A stretch of 64,000 nt of DNA, from the NCBI GenBank assembly GCA_965644315.1, contig CBFFRQ010000029.1, forward strand, positions 186,001 to 250,000. The letters are read 5' to 3'. Source of the stretch: Caecitellus pseudoparvulus. Lineage: Eukaryota > Protista > Bigyra: Bicosoecida. The translations under genes and the position numbers were made by a program. The notes below the pieces were generated by a model. It saw only the letters and a list, made by a program, of their open reading frames with translations, was not told the DNA's origin and searched no databases. Shown piece by piece: positions 26,082 through 36,800 of the stretch (its first letter is position 1; every line of letters starts with the position of its first letter).

Positions 26082-26575
26082 CGCGCTGGGTGCTGGTTAT
26101 CGTGCTGTTTCGATGCTCGGCGGGCCTCCAACTAGCTCAGTGCGCGAGGTGCTTGGGCGAGAGCAACACTGACGATGCTACCTCGCTAAGCTTCGATTTT
26201 GTTCGATTTGTGGGCGTGAGCAATCTGCGCGTCGCTGTAAGCCAGCGCACGCTGCGTGAAACGCCGCTGCAACTGCCGGCTGAGAAGGGGGGGTGCGGAG
26301 GGACGGGTCTCCCCCTCCCCTGCTCATCTCCTTCCAATCGCGAGAGATCACACCGTACTATCAAAGCCTGTGTACAATTCTGTGCGCTTTCCAAGAGCGC
26401 GCCACTCAACGCACCCACGGCACATGGTTGCAAAGCAGCCTGCTTGCGGAAATTGTACCACCCTCTCCGACAAGGATACCTTCAAGGGTCTCCTTGCCAG
26501 CTCTGATCGGCGCACAGGGCAGCATCAAAGCCACCCCAGAGTGAATGGTAGTGCCATCACTGCCCTCGGTTCATC

Positions 26576-27833
26576 ATGACGTTGTCAGATTCTGAGGTGT
26601 CCTCCATCAGGACTGTCTCCATCGTGGTGTCGGCTCTGTCTTGCATGGGCAGTACCTTCATTGTTGCCTGTTACATCGCCTACCCACATTTGCGAAAGCT
26701 TGCCTTCACACTGTGCGTGACTCGGTGGGCGGCTCGCACCCCTGTCCACGCCGTCCCTGACACGCCCGCCGTGCTTCATGTGCAGGGTGGCGATCCTCTC
26801 CTTCAACGACTTGCTCAACCAGCTTGCGGACTTCCTGCTTCCCGACACGAAAGACCTGGATTCACCCGAGGCCTTTCGGAACCCGACGGACTTGTGTGTC
26901 GCGCAGGGGGCATTGGACACGTTCGCAGAGTTGTCCTCTGTCATGTGGACGACGGCCATTGCGTTCACGCTGTACATGAGCGTGTTCAAGCGCATGACCG
27001 CCGACGAGCTCAAGTCCAAAATGGTATTCTTTTATGCTGCATGCTACGGCTTGCCCATTATCGCAATGGTGCTGCCCTTGGCCCTTGGGGCGTATGGACC
27101 AGCCGGGGCTTGGTGCTGGATCAAAGACGACTTCCAGTGGCTGCGCTTCGTGGTGTTCTACATCCCGCTGTGGATCGCCATCATCTTCAACGCAGTCGTT
27201 TACACGTGGGTCATCCGCCTCATTGCCTCGACGTACGCCGAGGGCACGGATGACGCCAGCGCCAAGCAGCTTGACACCATCACTCGCAAGCTGCGCTTGT
27301 ACCCAATCATCCTCGTCTTTGTGTGGCTGCCTGCGACTGTCAACCGCATAGTGGAGTGGAGCATCGACGATCAAGTGTTCGCCTTGTTTGTCATCCAAAA
27401 GGTCTGCTCTTCCTCCCAAGGCTTCTGCAATGCCTTCGCTTACGGCTTCAGCCAAGGCGTGCGAGAGGCGCTGCAGGACACCCTGCAGCGGCACTTCCCC
27501 ACCCTGTGTCCCGACCCCCACCGCCGGAAGATGCTGCGAGGAGTTGGCACCGAAGATGACAGCTTCAAGCACAAGCATGACTCGCTGGTGGATGTGCGGC
27601 GCATGGACAGCGCCGCTCAGCCCACGCGAAACACATTCGTTCCGGATGATGTCCTGGGAGACGGCCTGCAAGGGGAAGGGGAGGCGCTCCCCCAACATGA
27701 CTCCTTGGCAAGCGGCATCGCCGACGGCAGCGACATTGAGGTGGGCATGCCGCCTCCTGCTGGAGCCGTGGCTTCCTCTCGCGCTGACCGAGTTGCTTCG
27801 CTGCAGGCTTCGCGTGCGCATGACGACTTGTGA
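26576..27833 (+). CDS. 7-TM GPCR of the Dictyostelium cAMP receptor/CrlA/plant GCR1 family
   Basis: Intron 26713-26785 (73 nt) gives SALSCMGSTFIVACY..PHLRKLAFTLVAILSFND, followed by LCVAQG, SSVMWTTAIAFTLY, YGPAGAWCWI, FYIPLW, KLRLYPIIL..WLPATVNRI and SQGFCNAFAYG. Confidence 0.9.
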
Positions 27834-27984
27834 GGCAAAACATGTCGCTTGCCAAGAAGGCGCCGCACTGAATTCAACAACCTGTGTAGGGCTTGTCCTC
27901 AAGCTCTGTGGGGCTGCATTCACTGCGCTGGCGGGCTTGCAAGCAGGCGCGTTTCGCAGGCGCGTTTCATGAGCGGGCTGGGTC

Positions 27985-30900
27985 ATGGCGGCATTGGACT
28001 TGCTGGCTGCCGCTGAGGCTGCTTGTGACGCGGAATCCCAGGAGTCTCAGCGAAGGCAGAACTTGCTGCATGTGAATGAGCTCATCTTGCAAGCCTCCTT
28101 TGCAGACATTGAGGGCAAGCTGGGCCCTCTGAAGCGCTGCATCAGCGCAGGCTGCAGCAAGCATGCAGAGGCTGGTCTGGCTGCCGCCGCGCTGCAGGTG
28201 CTGGGATCGCTGCTCACGTTCCCCACCGTGAGGGGCAATGACAGCCACATTGCGTCCTTCCTCCCTTTGCTGGCTGGGTGCTTGAGGCGTAGGGGGGACA
28301 CTGTCGTGTTGCACTGGGCCCTTCGTGCGTGCCAGCACGTGCCTCCTCAGGCACTGCAGGACCCCACTGTGGTCATGGCTGCTGCAGCGGTTCTGAGCAG
28401 TGGTATCGATGCAGACGCACCATCTGACCGGTATGAAGTTGCTGCACGCGTCTTGCTGCTGGCATGCACTGACGCGCCCTTGGATTTCCGCCGACTTGCT
28501 GTGGCCTCGGGCTTGCCTGCCCTGGCCAGGGCCGCACAGGTCGCTGCCCACTCGACCCTGCTTTTTGACGCATCTGCCCAGCTTGTGCAGGTGCTGCTGG
28601 ACGCAGTCCTTGCCGATACTCATGTTGAACCGTCTGGCGAAGCTGCATCAGCTGCTTTCCTTGACGTGTGCATGGCTTGCTTGAAGAGTCCTCACGGGAG
28701 CACCATTGAGCGAATTTGGACGGTCCCCGCCAGTGCGCTACGCACCTTGGTAGCTTGTTCGGATGAAATGGCCTGCTTGCTCATTGGCAAGGAGGGGCTG
28801 TTGCTGATTCACCACCTTGTGGACTTTCCGCTCGAAGCATCGGTGTCCGTGGCTTCTGCGTTAACCTCCGCTGCGCAGGCGTGCCCCATGTCCCACATGA
28901 AGAAATCGCTGACCGAAGAAACCACAGCTGGGCTGCTTGAGGCTTTGGCAGAGGCCACGGCAAGACCCGACGTCGACTCGAGTGTTTCTGAGCAGTTGGC
29001 AGGGCTCATGTCACATGCATCCAAGGTGTATCAAGCCATTCGACAAGAGACCGGTCCTCCGGCGCCTGCGTCCCTCTCAGGAAGCCCTAGCTCTCATGCA
29101 GACAGCGCAAGTGGAAAGGAGCCTCCATGCTTGTCTCCGACCCGGGAGGTGAAGACAACTGTTCCGGTGCCAGCGTCTTCTTGCTCGGCAGACGCAGGTT
29201 CTGAGCCGGCACCAGGCACCCTGAGTTCTCAACAGCTGCAGCAGTCGTACCTGCAGCAGCAAAGCGCTGTTCGTGAGTTGTGCGAACTCGAAGCTTCAAC
29301 CAGGCAAGCTCGGGCTGAGAAGGGCGAGCTTGAGGCGGAGCTGAGGCAGCTTAGTGACGCCAGCGGCAGCTTGCGGGACGCGATTGCGGCGGGACACGCA
29401 GAGCGTGCTGCACTAAACAGCGAATTAGGCGACTTGCGCAAACAGCTGCACGCGCTGCGCAGCAGCAGAACGGCAGCGATATCTCAGATTGATACTGGTG
29501 TCGGGGCGGCCATCCAGGCTGCGAAGTCGAGCCAAGCACGAGCAGCTGCTGACGCAGACCAGGCCCTTCGCGCCCTCGGGGAAAGAGAGCAAGAAGTACA
29601 AGCACTGAGGGAGCGATGTAGCGCGTTAGAGGAGGAGCGAGATCGCGCAGTTGCTGCGGTCGGGGAGGAGGAGCGCGCATTGCAGGCACAGCTGGCCACA
29701 GCACGAGAGGAGAATGAAGCACTGCAGGGCTCTCTAGATGCCATGCAGGGTCAAGTCGCTTCGCTCCAGGCGCGGATCTCAGAGTACGATGCTGTGTTAT
29801 CCAGGAAAGAAGCGGAAACAGCCTCTGCGAGGTCTCAGCTCGCCGACTCACAGGCGCAGGCAGCATCTCTCCAAGCCGCACTCGATGCACGTATGCAGCA
29901 CGAAGGCAGCTTGCAGGATGGGGGCGAAGCTGGATCGACATCTGTATCTCCCCAACCAGCAGAGGGAGAGCACGCTCCCTCGGCGTCAGATATGCGTTTG
30001 AGGGAGCGGGTGTGCGAGTTGAAGGCTCAACTTAGTCTTGCTAAGGAAGATGCCAAGGTAGCAAGAACAGCCCTGGCTCAAAGCAGGTCTCCCCCAGTGT
30101 CGCCACGCAAAGGCGCTGCCGGAAGCCCTTCCACGATTGGCCAGCTGCGTTCCAAGCTGGCTGCAGCCTCCCGATCTGCAGCTTCCTACCGCGCTGAACT
30201 ACAGAGCGTGAACGACCGTTTGAAAACGGCTGTGATGGACGCTTTGAACCAGAAGAAGCGAGTGGAACGTTTCGCTGAAGCAGTGCGAGCTGCAAAAGCG
30301 GAGGCATCTGCTGTGAGGGATGCTCGTGCCAACGAGCAATCGAAACTGCTGGCCGCCCGAGAACGCATCTCCTCCCTGGAAAGGGCACTCGCCGAAAGTG
30401 ATGCGATTGCGGCAGAGGCAGCATCGCGACTCAAAGAAAGCGCTGATGCCAGGGAAGCTGCCGTAGCGGTCGCTGAGCGCAAGTGGTTCACACGCTTGCG
30501 GGACGCAGAGAAGGGAAGGCTTCAAGCTGAGGAGCGTGCAGAGTCCTTGCAAGCTGAGCTTCGAATGGCAGGTGTATCCGCGACCGATCCGGCAGGGCAG
30601 CAGGGACCCCGCTCTTTACCCCTTACTTCCTTTGAGATGGGGCAGTCCATTCTGCACGTGACTGAGCGGGCCCAAGCTGCGGAATCGGCCCTTGCAAGCG
30701 TGGAGGCAGCTGGACAGCATGCTGGGCTACAAGCATCCGAACAAAACCAAGCCCTGCAGCACTATGTCCGCGTATGCCTCTGCGTTGTCGAAGCGCTGGG
30801 CATGGAGTATGCAGGGCTGCTGAAGCGTGCCCTCAAGCTAGAGCGAGCGGCTGCTGTCAGCAAAGTGGAGGCTGAAGTGGCAGAGAAGGCCGCCTCCCTT

Positions 30901-32667
30901 GCAGCGTCTTCGGCCAGAAGTATCTCTGAGGCTCTGTCGCACGATGCACCAGACTTAGCTCGGCTCACAGAAAGTATACAGCACATGGTAGGGTCCATCA
31001 ACTCTGCAGCAAGCCACAACCATGGGGACGTGTTGCATGCCGCACAGTCGCTGGTCCCAGAGTGGTACAAGGGCGCCGTTGCACTCCATTCTCAAGAAGC
31101 ACCCCCACTACTGGCGAAAAATGCTGATGGGCCGTTTCACCTCGGCTTGCTGAAAGCCCTCAAGGCTGTCGTGAGGACAGGCGTCTCGGGAGAGCGGGGC
31201 ACGCCAAGCCCCTTCTCCATGCTCGAGAGCATGGTTGCGAGCCGAGCCCTTCCAGGGGAGACGCCTGGTGATGCAACCTCCGCAGGTCTGGAGGAGGCAG
31301 TGTCACCTCCCTTGGCTACTCCCCTTCCTCCTGAGCTTGTAACTGACCTAACACAGGCATGCTTTCGTACGCTGACGAGGGTAGCACTGTCTCGACTGCA
31401 GTTCGTCGCCGGGCGCCGGCTGCACAGTGGTGGAAGTGGTGCAGTGTCTGCAAATGCCGTGCGGGAGTGGTTCAAGCGATTGGGGCTTGTCAAGCCTTCC
31501 GCCGTTATTGCAGGAAACAACAAGCGTCTGTTGCATTTCAAGACAGCTGCGATGTCCTCCGCAGACTTTGATGTGCTGCTAGCATCTCATCACAGCCACA
31601 CACTGAGCGGGGACGTGTTTCATGCCATTGTCCGGGAGCTGGGCCTGCGCTTGTACCCTGCCAAGGTGATGCGGGTCGCTGCACACCACGCTGTCCTCCG
31701 CTGCTCTTGCCTTCGCGAGTGCGCACAAAGCTTGCCAAGCCCAGTGCTGTCTCTCTGGTTCCTGTGCCGTTTTAGACTTGGACCAGCACTGCAGCCAACG
31801 CTGCAGCGAGTTCGTGCCCACGCAAGCGACACGTGGGTGTCTGCTTTGGACGCTGCATGGGATGGTAGGGGCGCCTTCGAAGGCTCGGAGGTGCTGCAGC
31901 AGTGCAGAGCGGAGTTGAAGGGCTCTGCCCACCAGCTGCTGCTGACAGACCAGCCAATGGCACAGCTGTTTGACGATTGCGAAGCCCCCAGCGTGTCGTC
32001 TTCAGCTGCTCCTGTGGCCTGTGATGACCAGAGCAGTGGTCTGATGAGCGAGGAATGCGACTCGCCGCAGCCAGCCGACTGCACTCAAGAGGGACCTGCA
32101 AAATCTCCAGGGGCTCGCCTTGGGGTGAACGGTGCCACGCATGTCCTGCACCGCAATCAAGGGCAGCTTGCTGCCATTTTCTCTCACTACTGTCACTTGG
32201 CTGCCAGGCAAGGGCAGACGAGCACGCGTGGGGTTCGTGGCGCTGCGGCGGCAGGAGACGGGACTATGCCTTTGGAAATGCTGGTGCAGTGTTTGCACGA
32301 CCTGAACATCACCCCTGGCTTAGTGGCAGGCGATGTGGCGGCCCAAGTGCTGGGCCAGGTCTTCTTTCAAGGCGACGCAGCTCTGCTGCGAGTCCTCGGT
32401 CGCGTGCTGGGCAGCAGGTCACCCTCCAAAGCTGCTCACGCTCCTTTGCGAGGGATCTACGCCACCGAGGATGAGTTCACGTACCTTCTCTCTGTGCTGA
32501 GTTGCCTTGCTCTGGGTTCTGTGGCTTTGGGTGACATCCCCAACCTGACAAGAGAACAGGGCATGGAGGGAGCCAGGTACCTTCTCCAGTGGGCTGACCT
32601 GAGCAAGGGCATGGCAACAGTGCGCGCAGACCGCAGCCTGAGCGTGGCACCCTTTTCAATTGTGTAG
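27985..32667 (+). CDS. Large protein: ARM-like N-terminus, long coiled coil, C-terminal helical (p25alpha/EF-hand-like) modules
   Basis: 1560-aa ORF with heptad-rich middle (about 29230-30560). The C-terminal motifs VREWFKRLGLV..MSSADFDVLL and LAAIFSHYC..MPLEMLVQCLHDLNITPGLV support only a tentative domain call. Confidence 0.7.
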   Translation: MAALDLLAAAEAACDAESQESQRRQNLLHVNELILQASFADIEGKLGPLKRCISAGCSKHAEAGLAAAALQVLGSLLTFPTVRGNDSHIASFLPLLAGCLRRRGDTVVLHWALRACQHVPPQALQDPTVVMAAAAVLSSGIDADAPSDRYEVAARVLLLACTDAPLDFRRLAVASGLPALARAAQVAAHSTLLFDASAQLVQVLLDAVLADTHVEPSGEAASAAFLDVCMACLKSPHGSTIERIWTVPASALRTLVACSDEMACLLIGKEGLLLIHHLVDFPLEASVSVASALTSAAQACPMSHMKKSLTEETTAGLLEALAEATARPDVDSSVSEQLAGLMSHASKVYQAIRQETGPPAPASLSGSPSSHADSASGKEPPCLSPTREVKTTVPVPASSCSADAGSEPAPGTLSSQQLQQSYLQQQSAVRELCELEASTRQARAEKGELEAELRQLSDASGSLRDAIAAGHAERAALNSELGDLRKQLHALRSSRTAAISQIDTGVGAAIQAAKSSQARAAADADQALRALGEREQEVQALRERCSALEEERDRAVAAVGEEERALQAQLATAREENEALQGSLDAMQGQVASLQARISEYDAVLSRKEAETASARSQLADSQAQAASLQAALDARMQHEGSLQDGGEAGSTSVSPQPAEGEHAPSASDMRLRERVCELKAQLSLAKEDAKVARTALAQSRSPPVSPRKGAAGSPSTIGQLRSKLAAASRSAASYRAELQSVNDRLKTAVMDALNQKKRVERFAEAVRAAKAEASAVRDARANEQSKLLAARERISSLERALAESDAIAAEAASRLKESADAREAAVAVAERKWFTRLRDAEKGRLQAEERAESLQAELRMAGVSATDPAGQQGPRSLPLTSFEMGQSILHVTERAQAAESALASVEAAGQHAGLQASEQNQALQHYVRVCLCVVEALGMEYAGLLKRALKLERAAAVSKVEAEVAEKAASLAASSARSISEALSHDAPDLARLTESIQHMVGSINSAASHNHGDVLHAAQSLVPEWYKGAVALHSQEAPPLLAKNADGPFHLGLLKALKAVVRTGVSGERGTPSPFSMLESMVASRALPGETPGDATSAGLEEAVSPPLATPLPPELVTDLTQACFRTLTRVALSRLQFVAGRRLHSGGSGAVSANAVREWFKRLGLVKPSAVIAGNNKRLLHFKTAAMSSADFDVLLASHHSHTLSGDVFHAIVRELGLRLYPAKVMRVAAHHAVLRCSCLRECAQSLPSPVLSLWFLCRFRLGPALQPTLQRVRAHASDTWVSALDAAWDGRGAFEGSEVLQQCRAELKGSAHQLLLTDQPMAQLFDDCEAPSVSSSAAPVACDDQSSGLMSEECDSPQPADCTQEGPAKSPGARLGVNGATHVLHRNQGQLAAIFSHYCHLAARQGQTSTRGVRGAAAAGDGTMPLEMLVQCLHDLNITPGLVAGDVAAQVLGQVFFQGDAALLRVLGRVLGSRSPSKAAHAPLRGIYATEDEFTYLLSVLSCLALGSVALGDIPNLTREQGMEGARYLLQWADLSKGMATVRADRSLSVAPFSIV

Positions 32668-32724
32668 AGCAGTGTCGTCAGTGGCATGCATTGTGGAGCC
32701 GAGGCAGGGGGGCTCGGGCAGCTG

Positions 32725-35199
32725 TTAGCAAAACATGAAGGTCGACTTGGCATCCTGGGCCAGCATGCGGCCAGCACGCTCAGTCCCGACGATGCGCTGC
32801 ACAGCATGCGCTTCGAACTTGCAGAACAACACCAGCACTGAGGTGTTGTGGGACTCGGAGGCCTCTTCCAAGCAATTCACCAGCTCGCTGTAGAAGCGAC
32901 CGTGCTCTGGCACTCCCGAAAAGATAAGGTGGCGGACACCTCGCAAACGGTACCTGTTGAAGAAGTGCCACCTGCAGGTACACAGCATCAGGGGCAGCCT
33001 GCCTTGAAACAGCATGGTACGGGCACGTGACACGTCTGCTGGCGAGGCGTACTCTGAGATGGGTGCGAAGTCCATCTTTGCGTCCTCCAGCATGTTCCGA
33101 ATACGGACAAACTCAAAGTACGTGCCGGCAATAATGACTGTGTGGGGCTGGCTCGGCACGTCTGCACTGGCGCCCGCCTGCAGCTGTGGGACGACGTGCC
33201 GCTTCAAGTACTTGACGCGGCGGGACATGACCTTCACTGGGCTCTTCACACTTAGTCGATGCCAGACTTGCTTCACGGATGGCACGACGCAGCCCAATGC
33301 ACCTGCGTACCGAAGTTGAAGCATTGTCCTGCCTCGCTTACAGCGCATATGCTCACGCATGAAGGCTGACAGGGTTGGGCTGTTGTGCTGTGCAGTGATG
33401 ATGGTCTGGCGTCGGTACGCAGAGAGGCCGGCAAGGTTCCACATGCGCACCCTGGAAAAGTCCGTATCACGAGGCTTCTCGGGCATGCCATTTGCCACTG
33501 ACATGACCTCTTTCACGTGCTCCCAGTTCTGCATCTCCAGTGTGTTAGCACGCATCATCACGAGCATCTCCAGGGATGACAGAAAGTCGGTGTCCCGTCC
33601 TGACTCGCCTTCTGCCCCCACGCTCAGCCTCAAGCCGAGTGGAGATGCAACAAGGATGTCTGCACTGTAGAACGACGCATACAACTTGACGTTTGTGGCC
33701 GAAAGAGAGATGCCGAGCCGGAACGAGTCATCCACGTTGCCTGCAAACTGCTCCTGGTGGTCGACCGGCACCTTGGACCTGCCGCCACGCTTCGCAGGTG
33801 GAGCGGCACCTCCTGCCTCAGCACCGCCTCCAACCCAGTCCGCTTCGCACGCTTGGGTGTCAATGTGCCCGGGCGTGCCCACATCTGCCGTCTCGTCGGA
33901 AAACTCTTCGAAGAACCGCTTGCGGTGGTGAATGGTCCTCCCCTGTCCCAGCAGCTGCAGCAAGCACCGAACGAATTGCAGTGCCATGTGCTTGAATGGA
34001 AGAAGCACAAGCACTCGGGGCCTCGTGAACCCTTGGTCTCGGAGGTCTGGCTCGTCTTCCTCAGCTGCGCTATCGCCGCGATCGGCTGTTGCCTTGTCCT
34101 CCTCCTCGACCACCCCCGCCCCCGACGAGGCAGCACCTCGTTCAGGAACCTCAGCGAGGCTGTCCGCGGCAGAGTCCACAGCTGCTGCGATTTTTGCGAC
34201 TCGCTTTGCGGTGGCCCTGGCGCGCATAATGCCGTCGTGGTGCATCACCCTCGAACGGGCGCGCATGACGTGGCTCGCCACGTGGAGAGCCAGCGCAGAG
34301 CGCAGCTGGGCGGCATTGCCAGCTGATTCAATGGGAAGGAACAAATCACGGTAGTCCGAGCTGAGGTCCAGGACAGCTCTTTGGCATGGGGTGAGAAGCG
34401 CCGACGTAGGGGAGCGAAGGGACAGTGGGTGCGCCTCCTCGCCAGGTTGTGGAAGGGAAGCTGAGGAGACCTCCTCGCCCGAGGAAGCTAGTGCAGCTTG
34501 TGGGTCCTGAAAATGCTGGGCGAACAGCCTGGCCATTTCTGGCTGCACACGGTACGCCGCGGCAACGTCAACAGCGCTGACGAGCGTGCTTGAGAGTCCA
34601 TCGGCGGGTCCCCCCGATCGCCCGCGCTTTCGAGAGGACGCAGTGCGCGAGGGCCCAGATGCTAGTGAGCCGCCGGGGGGGTTTTCTGTCCAATGGCTGG
34701 GCAGCGTTGGCAGTGCACTGCTGACGATCGCCGAAATCGTCTCGTGTCCCTCCGGCTCTCCAGCCAATCCAAGTGCTGAAGGAGGAATGGGAAAGTCACG
34801 GGTCTCAACATCCTTAGCAGCCGCCAAGGCAGCCTCGCACAAGTCTTCATCATCATCATCATCTCCTTCCACACCTGTTCCCCAGTACAGTTCCTCGAAT
34901 GCGTCGGGGGTGTCGTGTTCGGCAGCTGCTGCGGAAATTGCTTGTAAACCTGACAAGTCAGAGCTTGCCTCATCCTCGGATGTCGCTGAAACGGAACCCT
35001 CTTCGAAAGATCCTTCCCCATCTGTCACATTTGAGTCTCGGGACTCAGCGCCTTCGCTGTCGGAGGCCTCAGAGCCTTCGCTCTCCAGACCTCGAGCTTC
35101 AGCGTGCCGAGCAGCAAGCAGGGACGCGTACTTGCTGGAGCTCGGCAGCATGCTCACGAAGTCTTCGAAAGCATTCTCGGTAACTAAGTCAGCCTCCAT
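32725..35199 (-). CDS. UTP25: U3 snoRNA-associated protein 25 (Def/DIEXF, DUF1253)
   Basis: ATG 35199 (MEADLV). Motifs DYRDL, ALHVASHV, RDQGFTRPRVLVLLPF, FAGNVDDSFRLGI, LYASFYSADILVASPLGLR, DFLSSLE, MQNWEHV, DFSRVR, YFEFVRIRN and HFFNRYRLRGV; ends STFMFC. Confidence 0.95.
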   Translation of the reverse strand: MEADLVTENAFEDFVSMLPSSSKYASLLAARHAEARGLESEGSEASDSEGAESRDSNVTDGEGSFEEGSVSATSEDEASSDLSGLQAISAAAAEHDTPDAFEELYWGTGVEGDDDDDEDLCEAALAAAKDVETRDFPIPPSALGLAGEPEGHETISAIVSSALPTLPSHWTENPPGGSLASGPSRTASSRKRGRSGGPADGLSSTLVSAVDVAAAYRVQPEMARLFAQHFQDPQAALASSGEEVSSASLPQPGEEAHPLSLRSPTSALLTPCQRAVLDLSSDYRDLFLPIESAGNAAQLRSALALHVASHVMRARSRVMHHDGIMRARATAKRVAKIAAAVDSAADSLAEVPERGAASSGAGVVEEEDKATADRGDSAAEEDEPDLRDQGFTRPRVLVLLPFKHMALQFVRCLLQLLGQGRTIHHRKRFFEEFSDETADVGTPGHIDTQACEADWVGGGAEAGGAAPPAKRGGRSKVPVDHQEQFAGNVDDSFRLGISLSATNVKLYASFYSADILVASPLGLRLSVGAEGESGRDTDFLSSLEMLVMMRANTLEMQNWEHVKEVMSVANGMPEKPRDTDFSRVRMWNLAGLSAYRRQTIITAQHNSPTLSAFMREHMRCKRGRTMLQLRYAGALGCVVPSVKQVWHRLSVKSPVKVMSRRVKYLKRHVVPQLQAGASADVPSQPHTVIIAGTYFEFVRIRNMLEDAKMDFAPISEYASPADVSRARTMLFQGRLPLMLCTCRWHFFNRYRLRGVRHLIFSGVPEHGRFYSELVNCLEEASESHNTSVLVLFCKFEAHAVQRIVGTERAGRMLAQDAKSTFMFC

Positions 35200-35363
35200 C
35201 CTACCCGTAGCCAAGAAGGCACCCTTCACTGTGTGTCTGAAAGACGGTGCTTCGAACAAGGAGTTGGAAGGAATGGTTGGGATTTGCAGCGGGTGGTGAA
35301 TTTGCACTCTGCAAGCCACCAAGGCCAAGCACTGCCATGCTTGCACACTTGAAATCAGCCTTC

Positions 35364-36800
35364 TCAACACTTCACATTGCGGTCCTGCCCACCAAGTCCA
35401 CAGGCAGAGTAGCCTGCCGTGTACTGCTTCATGAGCGCGGAGCCCCACCCACCAAAGGGAGTGAAGTCATCACAGTTGTCTGACCCATCATACCTGGACA
35501 ATCAGGAGCGAGGAGAGGGTGAGAGCCGTGCAGAGTGCCTAAGAGGCCGTAAAACGCGGCAAGCTGGAGGCGTCCACGTACGTTGGGTACCACAGCTGTG
35601 CTCCGAGGTCGGATCCGGCAGTGCACCCTGACCCAGCAATGGAAGACCACATGAAAGGGGACACGTAAGCACCAACCGACCCAGCACCTTCCTGAAGCGC
35701 CGTCAGGGCTTCCTTGATGAATGCGCAGTTGGTGCTTTGGTCTCCAGACCAGCCGCAGCCCCCTGACGGGTTCGTCTCAATGTCCAGCCAAGCTGTGTCG
35801 AAACCTCCGCCCAGCTGGCTCAGCATGCTCTGTACCTGTGCCGATGCAGATTTACCTGCACAAGGGAACATGTAGATGGAGGTGCTCAGTCCTGCTGCGC
35901 TGGCAGCATCCAGGGTGGAAGGTGCGTTGGAGTCAAAGCCCCCGTACGAGTGCCACGCCCGGACGATTGCCTGCGACGCAAAGACAGGGGTGGGAGGGTG
36001 TAGCTTCCCTGTAGGGTAGCCTCATGAACATGAAGATTTTACGCACATAGTCGTTGCCTTGCTGCTTCAAGCAGCTCCAAGTGGACTGGGACACCGGTTG
36101 GGAGACATCCATGCCGTACCCGCCACCAGAAGGGCCGTAGTGGTCATCTGAATGATGTGAGGTGGTGCTGCCCCCTGGAGATGGGTTAGGAGATGCGTGG
36201 GTGCCTGTGGAGGTTGTGCTTCCACCTGGAGATGGGTTAGGAGATGCGTGGGTGCTCGTTGAGGTGGTGCTGCCGCCGCCAGGGGTTGGGCTGGGGTACG
36301 AGGAGGTGCCCGTGGAGGTGGTGCTGCCGCCGCCAGGGGTCGGGCTGGGGTACGAGGAGGTGCCCGTGGAGGTGGTGCTGCCGCGGCCGCCTCCAGTGGT
36401 GGGTGAACCGGAAGTTCCAGATGATGAAGAGCTTCCATGGGGAGAAGGAGATGGGTAGGTGGGAGTGCTGCCTCCGGAGCTTCCTCCACTGGTGGTGGGC
36501 GTGGAGCCCCCACCGCCAGTGGACGAGCTGCTCAGAGCACGCTCGGGTACAGCGTGACGAAGGCCCCCAGCAGCCGCAGGAGCTGAAAGGGAGGCGAAAA
36601 TCTGCATTTTCACAACGAGTGAGGGAGTGGTGATTGGAGCATGCGTTGGCCGCTCGTTTTGAGCACCTTGCACATGGGGCAAAGTGCACTGCACTTGTGT
36701 GAGAGAGCGCACATCGCAGCGCAGTGGTCCACTTGCAGTGGCCCGAGGCACGCACCGCTGAGCAGATAGCAGCAGCAAGAATTGACCGCATGCACTTCAT
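35364..36800 (-). CDS. Secreted GH25 (protist Lys1-type) lysozyme with N-terminal Ser/Thr/Pro/Gly repeat region
   Basis: Signal exon from ATG 36800 (MKCMRSILAAAICSA). First intron 36755-36602, or two introns around a 22-nt micro-exon. Further introns 36046-35971 and 35581-35494. Catalytic domain GMDVSQ..WSCLKQQG.DYAIVRAWHSYG.FD...IYMFPC...AWLDIE...W...N..FI...LWYPTYDG...DFTPFGGW..MKQY; stop at 35366-35364. Confidence 0.9.
36158..36382 (-). repeat. Coding tandem repeat: 2 x 54 bp + 2 x 51 bp + partial (GSTTSTGTSSYPSPTPGG / GSTTS(T/S)THASPNPSPG)
   Basis: Two related unit types, each duplicated, directly visible in both DNA and translation. Confidence 0.9.

Noticed and set aside
35200-35448. 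83-aa N-terminal extension of the UTP25 ORF
   Set aside because: Non-ATG start that overlaps the last lysozyme exon; ATG 35199 is the credible start.
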